From positions 37,448,001 to 37,512,000 of the forward strand of contig NC_042999.1 of the NCBI RefSeq assembly GCF_006345805.1: 64,000 nucleotides of DNA, in the 5' to 3' direction. The notes under the pieces were generated by a model, which saw only the letters and a program-made list of their open reading frames with translations, was not told where the DNA came from and ran no database searches. The stretch comes from Octopus sinensis. Its lineage: Eukaryota. Shown here one piece after another: positions 49,880 to 62,803 of the stretch. Numbering within the stretch: position 1 is the first letter of the stretch; the number at the start of each line of letters is the position of its first letter. The translations under genes and the position numbers were made by a program.

Positions 49880-50446
49880 TTGGGTTGTCCGGAAAGTTCA
49901 TGCCGATTTTTAAAGGAAAGAAAAGGGTCAATAAATACTTGCCATTACATTTTTAATCAACCAAATATGAACCATTTCGTTGCACAATGTGTCTCCATCT
50001 TTCCTTTAACTTGAAAATACCCTCGTCCCAGAATTGAAGTGGTTTAATGGCAAAGAATTCATCAAGGTATCTTTTTATGTCATCCAAGGAATTGAAATTT
50101 TTACCATTAAGACTATTCTGAGAGACCTGAATAAGTGGAAATCCGAAGGAGCAATATCTGGTGAATATGGAGGGTGGGGGTAACAAATCCCAGCCGAGCT
50201 GCAGCAATTTTTGTCAGGTTCCCAAAGCATCAAGTGCCGAAAATGAACTTTCTTATCTTCCATTTTTAAAGGATTACAAAATTAACACAGGTTATAGGAA
50301 CATAAACCTTCATCCATGAAAAGATAGCTTAAACTGTGCTCTAAATGGAGGTGTAGTCAAACCCTATTTTATGGACTCAACCACGTTCTAAAATAAGTCG
50401 AAAGGTAAGCTACTATAAACAGGCACATACTCTCCGGACAACCCAA
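49880..50446 (-). mobile_element. Internally deleted mariner with both TIRs and TA TSD
   Basis: TIR TTGGGTTGTCCGGA at both ends; N-terminal MEDKKVHFRHLML fused to C-terminal HPPYSPDIAPSDFHLFRSL...ERW. Confidence 0.9.
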
Positions 50447-50880
50447 TACATATGTATTCCCAATGTTGTTGTTACTTTTGTTCAGCTGCAAATAAGATCT
50501 AATTGAGAAACTCTATGACAAAAGGCATTCCAACACTTGGTTTTTCTCTTTTTCATGCATTATCTAAAATTTCATACATTATCTAAAATGTTATCCTTTC
50601 TACATTTTTTTAAAGATAGCAAGATATGATTTTTAGAGAAATCTGGCAAATTCAGCATATTAAACAACCACATACAGGCTCACATTCCTAGTTGTTCCTG
50701 ACAGATGACACTGAAATATTCTGACATTAAATTATTGAGAGATGATGCTCTTTCTGTAAAGCTAATATCAGTCAAATAACCTTTGATCATATATAATTGA
50801 TTTGAACTGTGTAGAGCAAGCTAACAAAATATAGACAATATCTGCTATAATAAACTATGTAGTAATATAGTAATATATAA

Positions 50881-51235
50881 TTCGAGCTTTGGTGTTGGAG
50901 AAGACTTTTGCGGATTCCATGGACAGCGAGGCTCACCAATGGAGAAGTTCTTAAGCAGATAAGGCCGAAAATGTCGCTAGAAGCTGGGATCACCAAGCGT
51001 AGATTGGCATATTTCGGTCATATTATGCGGAGAGAATCCCTGGAGAAGGACATTATGCTCGGAATGGTCAGTGGCAAGAGAGGCCGACCAAGAACCCGCT
51101 GTCTTGACACCATCAGGAGTGATACCGGAATGGACATGGCCAGTCTGAAGGAAGCGGCCCAGGATAGAACTGACTGGAGGACACTGATCTAAAGAGTGAC
51201 CAAGAGTCGACTTCGACTGAGCGGTTAGAGAGAGA
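50881..51235 (+). mobile_element. RTE-BovB-like LINE 3' fragment
   Basis: FELWCWRRLLRIPWTARLTN...LAYFGHIMRRESLEKDIMLG; (GA)n tail. Confidence 0.82.
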
Positions 51236-51576
51236 ATATAGTGAATTTTTAAAAAATTCATTATTGCCAGTGTACATCTAGATCTAAGACAATGATTTGT
51301 ATAATTATTCTTAATATGTTCCAGCAGATTCAAATGCAAGTATGCTAGTTGCTGTTGTGTATGTCACAAGAGAACAACTTCTCCCTTTTAGATAGCGGTG
51401 TATTCATAACAGACATGGCTCATTCGTACAAGGTATTCTGAGACACCAGTGTTTCTGTTTCACCATGTTGTATCTCATCAACTAGTAACATCTGGATCTT
51501 TGAGCCAAAGCAAGTCACTGGATTTGCTTATACATTCAGTGAATAAACTGTTTACTGATCAGTGCTTAATTCTGTC

Positions 51577-51992
51577 AACAGCAGTGGTGTAATTCTCATA
51601 TGGGACTGTCATGTTATGTTGACAGTATACAACCAATCTATCGCTCCACCACTGCTCATGTCTCTTTGAGACATTTAGAAATTTAATATTTCTATTACGG
51701 TGACCAGTGAATAGATTTCACTGTAAATATATGTTTGTGAAGGCTAGACAGGCACCTCAGTCAGCAGATCTCACTATCCTGGGCTGATGACGGGTTAAGA
51801 CCCAGAAACATGCATGTCCTCAGGTGTGAATCTTGGCTGGTGGGGTTGCTTGCCTCCCTTTCACAAATATAAGGACACAGGATATGTGTCAAAGCCGACA
51901 GGAAGCATCGATGCTTCCTAGGGCTAAACAGCGGTGGTGTAATTCCCATACGGGACTGTCACGTTAAGTTGACAGTATACAACCACAATAAA
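51577..51992 (+). mobile_element. 350-bp terminally redundant element carrying a hammerhead (candidate retrozyme monomer)
   Basis: 59-bp direct repeats at 51577-51635 and 51927-51985 (5 mismatches), HHR between them, AATAAA immediately after. Confidence 0.7.
51766..51833 (+). ncRNA. Type I hammerhead ribozyme, GUC cleavage site
   Basis: cctggg-CTGATGA-c-GGGT-taag-ACCC-a-GAAAC-ATGCAT-GTC-ctcagg; stem I extends via an internal loop (tcac/gtga, agat/atct). Confidence 0.82.
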
Positions 51993-52111
51993 TAATAAAT
52001 TATATAGTAAATATACCATACAATAAACTATGAAGAGGGAAGAACATCAGTTGGCTATGATGTAACGGGCCAAGAAAAGATCCTTGCTGGGAATATCATT
52101 ATGAGAGGATA

Positions 52112-52419
52112 TTTGGACTGGTGGTACGTAAAAAGCACTATCCGACTCGTGGCCGATGCCAGCGCCGCCTCGACTGGCTTCCGTGCCGGTGGCACGTAAA
52201 ATGCACCAATCCGACAGTGGCCGTTGCCAGCCTCGCCTGGCACCTGTGCAGGTGGCACTAAAAAGCACCCACTACACTCATGGAGTGGTTGGCGTTAGCA
52301 AGGGCATCCAGCTGTAGAAACATTGCCAGATAAGACTGGAGGCTGGGGCAGCCTTCTGGCTTCCCAGACCCCAGTCGAACTGTCCAATCCATGCTAGCAT
52401 GGAGAACGGACATTAAACT

Positions 52420-52447
<28 letters not shown>
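52112..52447 (+). mobile_element. RTE 3' UTR fragment
   Basis: Matches 59280-59595. Confidence 0.8.
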
Positions 52448-52450
<3 letters not shown>

Positions 52451-53577
52451 GAAATAAGAAAATATGAAAATGGAGCAGAGTGAAACATATGCTCACAGAA
52501 TGCTGAAAGCACAAGTTCAGATGGGTCAGACATGTTGCAATGTTCACAGACAACAGGTAGACCCATACAGTCATTGAGTAGTATCCAAGAGATCAGAAAA
52601 GGTCACTTGGAAGGCTTCCATGATGATGGGAAGACGATTTTGTTAAGTGATTTTGGACATGATGGAAAAGAAGGGTGCAATCAAGAAAGAATTTGAAGTA
52701 CCATGGTAACCAGTGATGTGTAACAGTATCAGATAGTCTGGTCGATACTGTGATATAATAAACCAACTATAAATACTATTTATAGTTATATGGAGTTAAG
52801 GCTTCGAGTAGTTAAGTGATGTCCTCAAGAATACAGTTTAATGTTGATTTCAGATTTTGGCACAAGGCCAGCAAGTTTGAGGCAAGGTTCAAGTTGATTA
52901 CATCAACCCAAGTACTCAACTGGTACTCATTTTATCAACCCTGAAAGGATAAAAGACAAAGTCAACCTTGCTAGAATTTGAACTCAGAATGTGATGCCAT
53001 TAAACATTTTGCCCGGCATAGTAATGACTGCCAGCTTGCTGCCTTAATACAGGCAGTGAATTGACAGAGTTGGTAGACGTCGGATAAACTACCACCTCAA
53101 GGTGTATATTGATATTTGGCATTCTGAGTTCAAATACCATATAGGCCAACTTTACTGTTTATCCTTTTGAGTTTGATAAAAATAAAGGTATCAAATCCAG
53201 GGTCATGTTTAGCAAAACCGTAAGAACATTGGACTAGATGCTTTGCAGTATTTGTTCTAGCAGTTTGTATTCTGAGATTAAATCCTTCCATGGTGACAGA
53301 CTAAATCCATCGCCACCTTTAACACCACCACAAGACTGCTTTATCTAAACCTTATACTTAATTGTTATGTACTTCCTACCACCAACCACTTTACAAAGTG
53401 GACAAGGTGCATTTTATTATGCCATTAGTTCTAGAGAGCCGTTTGCTATATAGCAAAGGAGACCCTCACTGTAGTGTTAGTTGTTTTTCTTTAAGAGCTA
53501 CTGCTCACTTAGGTGGGTTGCTTATACCACACTTACAAAGCCTGCATCTCTTCCATCCATAACTTCATTTTATGACA

Positions 53578-53700
<123 letters not shown>

Positions 53701-54103
53701 CCCTCTTCTCCATTTCCTAACCACGCTGGATGCCAAAGTGACCAGTCCTGTTTCTCTGGTCTCCCACTTTTAACACAATTTACTGTCTCCCCGCTGTTCC
53801 TTTCATTTCCAATCCTTTGGAATAATTTTCCTGGCATGACCCATATTTTCATCTCACATTCAAGATGTGAGGCTTTATTCTGTTTGTAGTACTGCTGACT
53901 GGCTCTTGTGCTGGTGGCACATAAAAGCACCCACTACACTCTCAGAGTGGTTGGCATTAGGAAGGGCATCCAGTGGTAGAAACTCTGCCAGATCAAGACT
54001 GGAGCTTGGTGCAGCCATCTGGTTCGCCAGCTCACAGTCAAACCATCCAACTCATACTAGCATGGAAAGCGGATGTTAAATGACGACGACGATGATGATG
54101 ATG

Positions 54104-54134
<31 letters not shown>

Positions 54135-54172
54135 GTATGCATGTATGTATGTATGTATATATGTGCATATAA

Positions 54173-54567
54173 AGGCGCAGGAGTGGCTGTGTGGCAAGTA
54201 GCTTGCTAACCAACCACATGGTTCCGGGTTCAGTCCCACGGCGTGGCATCTTGGGCAAGTGTCTTCTACTATAGCCCCGGGCCGACCAATGCCTTGTGAG
54301 TGGATTTGGTAGACGGAAACTGAAAGAAGCCTGTTGTATATATGTATATATATATGTGTGTTTGTGTGTCTGTGTTTGTCCCCCTAGCATTGCTTGACAA
54401 CCGATGCTGGTGTGTTTACGTCCCCGTCACTTAGCGGTTTGGCAAAAGAGACCGATAGAATAAGTACTGGGCTTACAAAGAATAAGTCCCGGGGTCGATT
54501 TGCGCGACTAAAGGCGGTGCTCCAGCATGGCCGCAGTCAAATGACTGAAACAAGTAAAAGAGTAAGA
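54173..54567 (+). mobile_element. SINE family B
   Basis: Full copy. Confidence 0.88.
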
Positions 54568-54743
54568 GTATATATATATATGTATGTATTTATATGTATA
54601 TATATATATATACATATATAACACACATATATATATATATATTAATATATATATATATATACATATATAATACATACATACACACACACACACATATCTA
54701 TATATATATATATACATATATATATACATACATACACACACAC

Positions 54744-54783
<40 letters not shown>

Positions 54784-54786
54784 TAT

Positions 54787-54817
<31 letters not shown>

Positions 54818-54950
54818 TATATATATATAATACATATATATATACATACATACATACACACACACACATATATATATATTATATACATATATATATACAT
54901 ACATACACACACACACACACACCATATATATAATATATACATATATATAT

Positions 54951-55020
<70 letters not shown>

Positions 55021-55034
55021 TAATATATATATAA

Positions 55035-55110
<76 letters not shown>

Positions 55111-55152
55111 TATATATATATATAAATATATACATACATACATACACACATA
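54568..55152. repeat. (TA)n/(CA)n compound microsatellite
   Basis: Directly visible. Confidence 0.95.
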
Positions 55153-55248
55153 TTCAAAAGCCATGCTGCATGGTACCCTGGTAATTATCATAAAATAAAC
55201 TGAAAAGGGGAAACACAGATAAAGGAAATAGGATTCTCTTTAACTTAC

Positions 55249-55490
55249 ATTTGCTTTTGGAAGAGTATTGAGGTCAAGTGGTTTTATCACATTGAAATCT
55301 TTTTCAAGCCGGAAGTCAGATTTTCCTGGCCGTTTAATTATCGCTTTTGCTGAATGGCTGACATAGCCGCGGTTCCCTCGGAAAGAAGATGGTACATTTG
55401 GAAGTAAAAACTCAAATGGGAATGTATGTGTTCCAGCATCTAATTGCCATTCTTCATCTGTCTGAGTCAAGCCATCAGGAATAGTAGAAC
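55249..55490 (-). CDS. ARRDC: Alpha-arrestin coding exon (arrestin-N domain, C-terminal half)
   Basis: ggcag/gtaagt borders, 242 nt, phase 1 to 0: LDAGTHTFPFEFLLPNVPSSFRGNRGYV...KAIIKRPGKSD...FNVIKPLDLN. Confidence 0.92.
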
Positions 55491-55571
55491 CTGCCAATAT
55501 AACAATATAATTACATGTTTCATCATATATATATGAATGCACACATACACACATGTATGTATATATATATG

Positions 55572-55620
<49 letters not shown>

Positions 55621-55660
55621 GTGTGTGTAGATATATATATATACACACATGTGTGTGTAG

Positions 55661-55691
<31 letters not shown>

Positions 55692-56099
55692 TGTATATTT
55701 GAGTACATACACATGTTATAAGTACACACACATACACATTGAGATGTGACAGCTGAAACACGATGAAAAAGAAATTAAAATATATAGATTCTGATAAAGA
55801 AAATTTAACAAAACATGATAATTATTTACACATCAGGCATTGCTTACACAGTAAGTTTTAAGAAGAGTCTATAATTAATAATTAGTCTTCTAAATGATAC
55901 TATTTAAAGCAAGACAGAAATGTAATTTCATAATAGTAGTGATCCATCACTATCATAGAAAAGTGAAAATGAGACTTTAATGATGAGGTCAGAATAAGAC
56001 TAAAACATGTCAAAATTTGTCTCCCATATTTTCCAGTAAATTGAAAATAATATTAGTCAGTGATTTTAGTTAGCTTTTAGCCCTTCATCTCCTAACATA

Positions 56100-56608
56100 A
56101 AGCCTCCCGCCATGCTGGGTTCTTGCAGCCAGCATTGTGTGGCATGGTGCAGAGTCCTGTTGCCAGACATCAGGTCTTTCAGCAGCCACCCTTTTGACCC
56201 AGGGCAGCACTACCTCCTCCAGGCACTTGATGTAGACTTCCATGTTGAGTCTGAGGCTGTGTGGGAAGATGAATGGAGGCATAACATCACCATCCCTAGA
56301 GATCACTCCAAGCACAATGATGTTGACTGGATGCTTGATTTTTATCACTCTCGGTACATGTCCTCAGATTGATGCTCAAATACTCTGAAATGTTCATAGT
56401 GGAGTTTCCAGCGTGAATACCAAGCAATATAGCATGTCATTTCCAAATTTCTGGCAGAGTGATTTGCATCATAGTGCTGTTTTTCTCACAGACGATGCCC
56501 AACTGACCCTACTATACTGTGTAGTCAACAAAATGAAAAACAAACAACGCGTATGTGCAAAATTAAAAATATAAAATGGTGACAATTTACCCATCACACC
56601 CTCTACAT
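56100..56608 (-). mobile_element. Tc1/mariner (maT/DD37D-like) transposase remnant
   Basis: KHPVNIIVLGVISRDGDVMPPFIFPHSLRLN...PWVKRVAAERPDVWQQDSAPCHT. Confidence 0.8.
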
Positions 56609-57039
56609 ATCTTTTACCTTTTACTTGTTTCAGTCATTGGACAGCGACCATGGTGAGGCACAGCCTTGAAGGGTTTAGTTGAACAAATTGCTTCTAATAC
56701 ATCGTTTTTTAAAGTCTGGTACTTATCACACCAGTCTCTTTTGCCAAACTACTAAGTTACAGAGACATAACCAAACCAACATTGGGGGCCAAGTTATTTG
56801 ATTAAACCCCAACATGGCTAATAACTGAAACAAGTAAAGATAAATGATAAAAGATTATAAAGCCTTAAATAGCCAGACATGATCAGACATATTCGAGCAG
56901 ATTACTGGAAATGAAGGACACTGCTTGTATGACAGTGATACTTATTTACAACTACCATGCAAAGTCAAGATAAAGACACACACAAATACTTAACAAAAAC
57001 CTGTTATATAATTATATAACAGGTTTATTTTTTTGAGTT

Positions 57040-57273
57040 TCTAATTTTTTTACTGCCCACAAGGGGCTACACACAGAGGGGACAAACAAGGACAGACAAA
57101 TGGATTAAGTCGATTATATCGACCCCAGTGTGTAACTGGTGCTTATTTAATTGACCCTGAAAGGATGAAAGGCAAAGTCAACCTCAGCGGAATTTGAACT
57201 CAGAATGTAGCGGCAGACGAAATACTGCTAAGCATTTCACCTGGCGCACTAACGTTTCTGCCAGCTCGCCACC
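57040..57273 (-). mobile_element. SINE family D
   Basis: Full copy. Confidence 0.85.
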
Positions 57274-57381
57274 TTTTTTTTTTTCAGTTTTTGCCAACCA
57301 AATCCACTCACAAAGCTTCTGGCAGAAGACACTTGCCCCAGGTGGAACTGAATTGAAATCACATGATTAAGCAAACTGCTT

Positions 57382-59590
57382 AAGGTATCAAGCTGTTGGA
57401 TCAAGTAATGAAGGTTACGGAGAGGGTCATAGCCCAACTAATTAGAGAGAGAGTTAGTTTAGATGAGATGCAGTTTGGGTTCGTGCCAGGGAAAAGTACC
57501 ACTGATGCTATATTCCTGGTAAGGCAGCTGCAGGAGAAATACCTAGCCAAAGATAAGCCCCTGTACCTGGCTTTCGTTGACATGGAGAAAGCTTTTGATA
57601 GGGTCCCCCGATCCCTTATCTGGTGGTCAATGAGGAAACTAGGGATAGATGAATGGCTGGTGAGGACTGTGCAAGCCATGTACAGAGATGCCGTAAGTAA
57701 GGTTAGGGTTGGCAACATGTACACAGAAGAATTCAAAGTAGAGGTTGGGGTCCACCAGGGTTCAGTACTCAGCCCCCTCCTATTTATCATAGTACTCCAG
57801 GCAATTACGGAGGAATTCAAGACAGGCTGTCCCTGGGAGCTCCTCTACGCTGACGACCTTGCTCTTATTGCTGAGTCACTATCAGAACTGGAGGAGAAGT
57901 TCCAGGTGTGGAAGGAGGGTTTAGAATCAAGGGGCCTTAGAGTCAACCTAGCTAAAACCAAAGTACTAATAAGTAGAAAGGTAGACAATCCACAAATATC
58001 TTCAGGAAGATGGCCCTGCTCGATCTGTAGAAAAGGTGTGTAGGTAGAAACTCTATAAGATGTACCCAGTGTAAGCTATGGACACATAAGAGGTGCAGCA
58101 ATGTCAAAGGTAAGCTAACTGGGAAGATAGTTTTTGTATGTGGCAGATGCTCGGGAGCATTAACCTCCGAAAATCTGCAGAAAACAACTTCCGTCACTTT
58201 CCAGGGGAAAAACTAGAAGTAGTTGATAGCTTCCGTTATCTAGGTGACCAAGTCAGTAGTGGGGGGTGGCGCTGCGTGAAAGTGTAACTGCTAGAATAAG
58301 AATAGCCTGGGCAAAGTTTAGGGAGCCTTACCTCTGCTGGTGACTAAAGGCCTCTCGCTCAGAGTAAAAGGCAGACTGTATGATGCGTGTGTACGAACAG
58401 CCATGCTACATGGCAGCGAAACATGGGCCGTGACTGCTGAAGACATGTGTAAGCTCGTGAGGAATGAAGCCAGTATGCTCCGATGGATGTGTAATGTCAG
58501 TGTACATACTCGACAGAGCGTTAGCACCTTGAGAGAAATGTTGTACCTAAGAAGCATCAGTGTGGGTGTGCAAGAGAGACGATTGCGCTGGTATGGTCAT
58601 GTGGCGAGAATGGATGAAGATAGGTGTGTGAGAAAGTGCCAATCCCTAGCAGTTGAGGGAAACCGTGGAAGAGGTAGACCCAGGAAAACCTGGGACGAGG
58701 TGGTGAAGCACGACCTTCGAACTTTAGGCCTCACTGAGGAAATGACCAGAGACCGAGACTTTGGAAATATTCTGTACGTGAGAAGACCAGGCAGGACAAA
58801 AGTGAGCCCAGCCCACTTATGAATGCCTTTCCTCCCTTGGACACAAAGACCGGTTGAGGCAAGCGAAGTCGATATAGAACCTCATCCGACGACAGACACC
58901 CATGCCAACCCCCCATGCTTGCGAAGACATGTTGGGGCAAGCGAAATCGAAATCGAAACCGAATTGAACCAGCCAGGATCCCTGGCCTGGTGGTACGTAA
59001 AAAGCACTATCCGACTCGTGGCCGTGGCACGTAAAATACTCCAATGCGACCGTACGACAGGCACCCATGCCAACCCCCTTTGCTTGTGAAGACATGTTGG
59101 GGCAGCCAGGATCCCTGGTCTGGTGGTATGTAAAAAGCACTATCCGACTCGTGGCCGTGGCACGTAAAATACTCCAATGCGACCGTACGACAGGCACCCA
59201 TGCCAACCCCCTTTGCTTGTGAAGACATGTTGGGGCAAGCGAAATCGAAATCGAATTGAACCAGCCAGGATCCCTGGTCTGGTGGTACGTAAAAAGCACT
59301 ATCCGACTCGTGGCCGATGCCAGCACTGCCTCGACTGGCTTCCATGCCGGTGGCACATAAATACACAATCTGACCGTGGCCGTTGCCAGCCCCGCCTGGC
59401 ACCTGTGCAGGTGGCACGTAAAAAGCACCCACTACACTCACGGAGTGGTTGGCGTTAGGAAGGGCATCCAGCTGTAGAAACATTGCCAGATTAGACTGGA
59501 GCCTGGTGCAGCCTTCTGGCTTCCCAGAACCCCGGTCGAACCGTCCAACCCATGCTAGCATGGAGAACGGACGTTAAACGACGATGATGA

Positions 59591-59595
<5 letters not shown>
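57382..59595 (+). mobile_element. 5'-truncated RTE-clade LINE (RT, PHD-like finger, C-terminus, about 800-bp 3' UTR with tandem subrepeats, (GAT)n tail)
   Basis: QFGFVPGKSTTDAIF, FVDMEKAFDRVPR, GVHQGSVLSPLLF, LLYADDL; LRWYGHVARM, GRGRPRKTW; frameshifted. Confidence 0.92.
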
Positions 59596-59625
<30 letters not shown>

Positions 59626-60224
59626 CATATACACATATAAAAGGGATAACCACTATGTGGACATCCTTATGCTAGAAGTAGATCCGCTATGGTCTTACCA
59701 CTAAGAAATATTCTCAAGAAAAATTCAGCAAACAACCAAAACCTAATCAAGAAAGACAAAAGAAAAGCAATAAAAATATGCATTATTCACATACATGTCT
59801 CACTATTACCATTTTATGTAATTTTACTCACATAAATGTCCGTAGATCTTTGGTGTGACCGTCCAAATTAATATAATTTGCAGAACTATATACTAGGACG
59901 TCTGCACAAAGTCAGTATATATATTATCACATACATGCATATATATATATGTATGTATGTTTTCCTCTCTCTATTTTTAATTTTGAGTAAATTTTGACCA
60001 GCCAGCCAGCCACTAGTTAGCAAGGTTGTGAAGGAAAATATCTTCTTTTAGCCATCATCCTTTAAATCTTAAGAAGGTCTTGCAGATTTTTATAATCCCA
60101 GATATCACCTTCATTTGTAACAGATGAATTAAGGATTTGCATTTTCTCCCCACGATCTCAAATTCAGCCATACTTTGATCCAGATGGATTGGTATGTGGC
60201 CTCTTATGCATGTGTATATATGTA

Positions 60225-60273
<49 letters not shown>

Positions 60274-60370
60274 GTGTGTGTGTGTGTGTATGTGTTCCTT
60301 TTGTCTTGACATGTGCACACTTATTGTACACAAAGGTCACCATCATACAAATGATGTTATTTGTTTACAA

Positions 60371-60775
60371 TAGGCATAGGAGTGGCTGTGTAGTAAGTAG
60401 CTTGCTAACCAACCACATGGTTCCGGGTTCAGTCCCACTGCGCGGAATCTTGGGCAAGTGTCTTCTGCTATAGCCTCGGGCCGACCAAAGCCTTGTGAGT
60501 GGATTTGGTAGACGGAAACTGAAAGAAGCCTGTCGTATATATGTGTGTGTGTTTGTGTGTCTGTGTTTGTCCCCCTAGCATTGCTTGACAACCGATGCTG
60601 GTGTGTTTACGTCCCCGTCACTTAGCGGTTCGGCAAAAGAGACCGATAGAATAAGTACTGGGCTTACAAAAGAATAAGTCCCGGGGTCGAGTTGCTCGAT
60701 TAAAGGCGGTGCTCCAGCATGGCCGCAGTCAAATGACTGAAACAAGTAAAAAGAGTAAAAAAAAAAAAGAGAGTA
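60371..60775 (+). mobile_element. SINE family B
   Basis: Full copy. Confidence 0.88.
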
Positions 60776-61177
60776 AATCCTCTGTGAAGGAATGTTGGGC
60801 CATTGTTATTTAAAGGACTTGGGGGAAAATGCTACCATAACTGAAAACAGGCAATGTTTGTCAACAGGAAAAGCATCTTGTAGAAAAATCATCATCAACA
60901 AACTCCTTCTAACCCATGCGAACATGGAAAAGTGGGCATTAAAGCGATGACGATGATGATGGTGATGACGATGACAACAATGGAAGTGTTAGTTGTGAAA
61001 GATGATAATACATTTAGTTAATTATTGTTTATAACTAGTATGTGTGGTTCTAGTAAATTTCCACGTTTAATTACTGACATCCATCATTAATCCTCCTCTG
61101 TGTGTGTGTATATATATCATTATCATCGTTTAAAGTCCGCATTCCATGCTAGCATGAGTTGGACACATTTTTTAAAT

Positions 61178-61377
61178 TTATATATATATATATATACACA
61201 TATATACATATATACATACATATATATATACACACACATATATATATATACATATACACATTATATATATACACATATATATATATATACACACACATAT
61301 ATATATACACACATACACACACACATATATATATATATACACACATACACACACACATATATATATAATACACACAT

Positions 61378-61418
<41 letters not shown>

Positions 61419-61485
61419 TATATATATATATATATGCACATAATATATATATATATATGCACATAATATATATATATATATGCAC

Positions 61486-61581
<96 letters not shown>

Positions 61582-61590
61582 CACACATAT
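61178..61590. repeat. (TA)n/(CA)n compound microsatellite
   Basis: Directly visible. Confidence 0.95.
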
Positions 61591-62108
61591 GAGCTTGGTT
61601 TGATAATTAATTGCTTGTCTGGAACATTTCAAAGAAACCATTATCTTGTAAAAGCTTCATGTACTTACAAGTATATTCATGTAATTTATTTCTAAGAGTC
61701 AGTTGGATCAATTAAAAATAACTCACTTGGGAATTGTATTATGTCTACAAAGATAATGGCCAAACGAAGGTTACTGAGTAAAAAGGAGGGACAGAAAGAG
61801 AGAGAGAGAGAGAGAGAAGGAGAGAGATGTAAAAACAAAAGAAGCTAGAATGTGTTGAATGTAAAGTTAATTGAAAGTCATTGGACTGTGTGCCAAAATA
61901 AAATTAATGGTAAATGGAAACTTTTATGGGGTATGATAAATCTTCAGAGGAAGAACATTTTGGTCCATGAGTTCTTGACACTCTAAAGGAGGTAGGTCCA
62001 CCTAGGTCATCACTCCAAGGTGCCCTCTTGCTGTTTTTTGAAATATTAGAAAAGAAATATAAATTACAAAAAAAAAAAATTTTGTTGGAAATTTATAAAT
62101 TCTTTTAA

Positions 62109-62327
62109 CCCTTTAGCATTTAAACCGGCCATATCCGGCCAAAAGTATTCTGCTTGTTTTATGTTCAAACTGGCCATATCTGGTTTCTCACACCAACCCT
62201 ACAATATCGTTTGAAAAATTAACAGCTACCTCATCAAAATCTCATAGCTACAAGGTAATGCATTAGTTCAAAACGATGTGGATGAAAAGGCATTAATTTT
62301 GGCAGAATGATGTGAACACTAAAGGGC
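62109..62327. mobile_element. piggyBac-like MITE (second family)
   Basis: ttaa|ccctttagcattt...aacactaaaggg|ctaa. Confidence 0.65.
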
Positions 62328-62445
62328 TAAAGACATGTTCTATTGCTAATGACGCCTAAACACACATACTAAAAATTTAAAAAAAAAACAAACATAAAAG
62401 AAAATACATTATTTTAAAAGACAATGAGTAGAAAGGTTTAATTAC

Positions 62446-62580
62446 CCGTTTCATAGAGCTTCATATTGAAGTAGTAATATGTTTCTGTAGCATCTTCAGC
62501 CCCAAAATTTGAACCAGTGTCGGATGAACTGCTGTCAGTTTCTTTGAAATACGCACGTCCCCAGAATTGAATCCAAACAC
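62446..62580 (-). CDS. ARRDC: Alpha-arrestin coding exon (arrestin-N domain, most 5' exon found)
   Basis: ttttag/gtaatt borders, 135 nt, phase 1 to 1: GVWIQFWGRAYFKETD...ETYYYFNMKLYETG; phase joins exon 55249-55490. Confidence 0.82.
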
Positions 62581-62624
62581 CTAAAAATTTATAGAAATAT
62601 GAACATACATTAGTATACATAGAC

Positions 62625-62803
62625 CAATGGTTTTCAACCAGGGTTCCGCAAGAAGTTACAAAAATGCTAAAATCGACAGTAATTTTTAATTCTTCTGTGC
62701 AGATATGTGTGCATAAGACAATTAAATTATTGCACAGGGGTTCCTTGAGCCAGTGGAACGTTTCCTTGGGGTTCCGCTTCAGCAAAAAGTTTGAAAAGCA
62801 CTG
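62625..62803. mobile_element. hAT (Charlie-like) MITE with 8-bp TSD
   Basis: Ends caatggttttcaacc/gtttgaaaagcactg; TSD ACATAGAC at 62617-62624 and 62804-62811. Confidence 0.82.

Noticed and set aside
51438-51485. Minus-strand TTGATGA...GAAAC...GTC motif (would be sense to ARRDC)
   Set aside because: C3 missing and stems I and II poorly paired.
58950-59420. 46-80 bp subrepeats as a CRISPR array or HDV-like ribozyme
   Set aside because: No unique spacers; part of the RTE 3' UTR. The GCC-TCGCCT-GGC hairpin lacks a proper L3, P1.1 and P2 for an HDV fold.
60055-60200. Possible extra minus-strand exon within ARRDC intron
   Set aside because: Stops in most frames, no convincing splice pair; flanking exons already join in phase.
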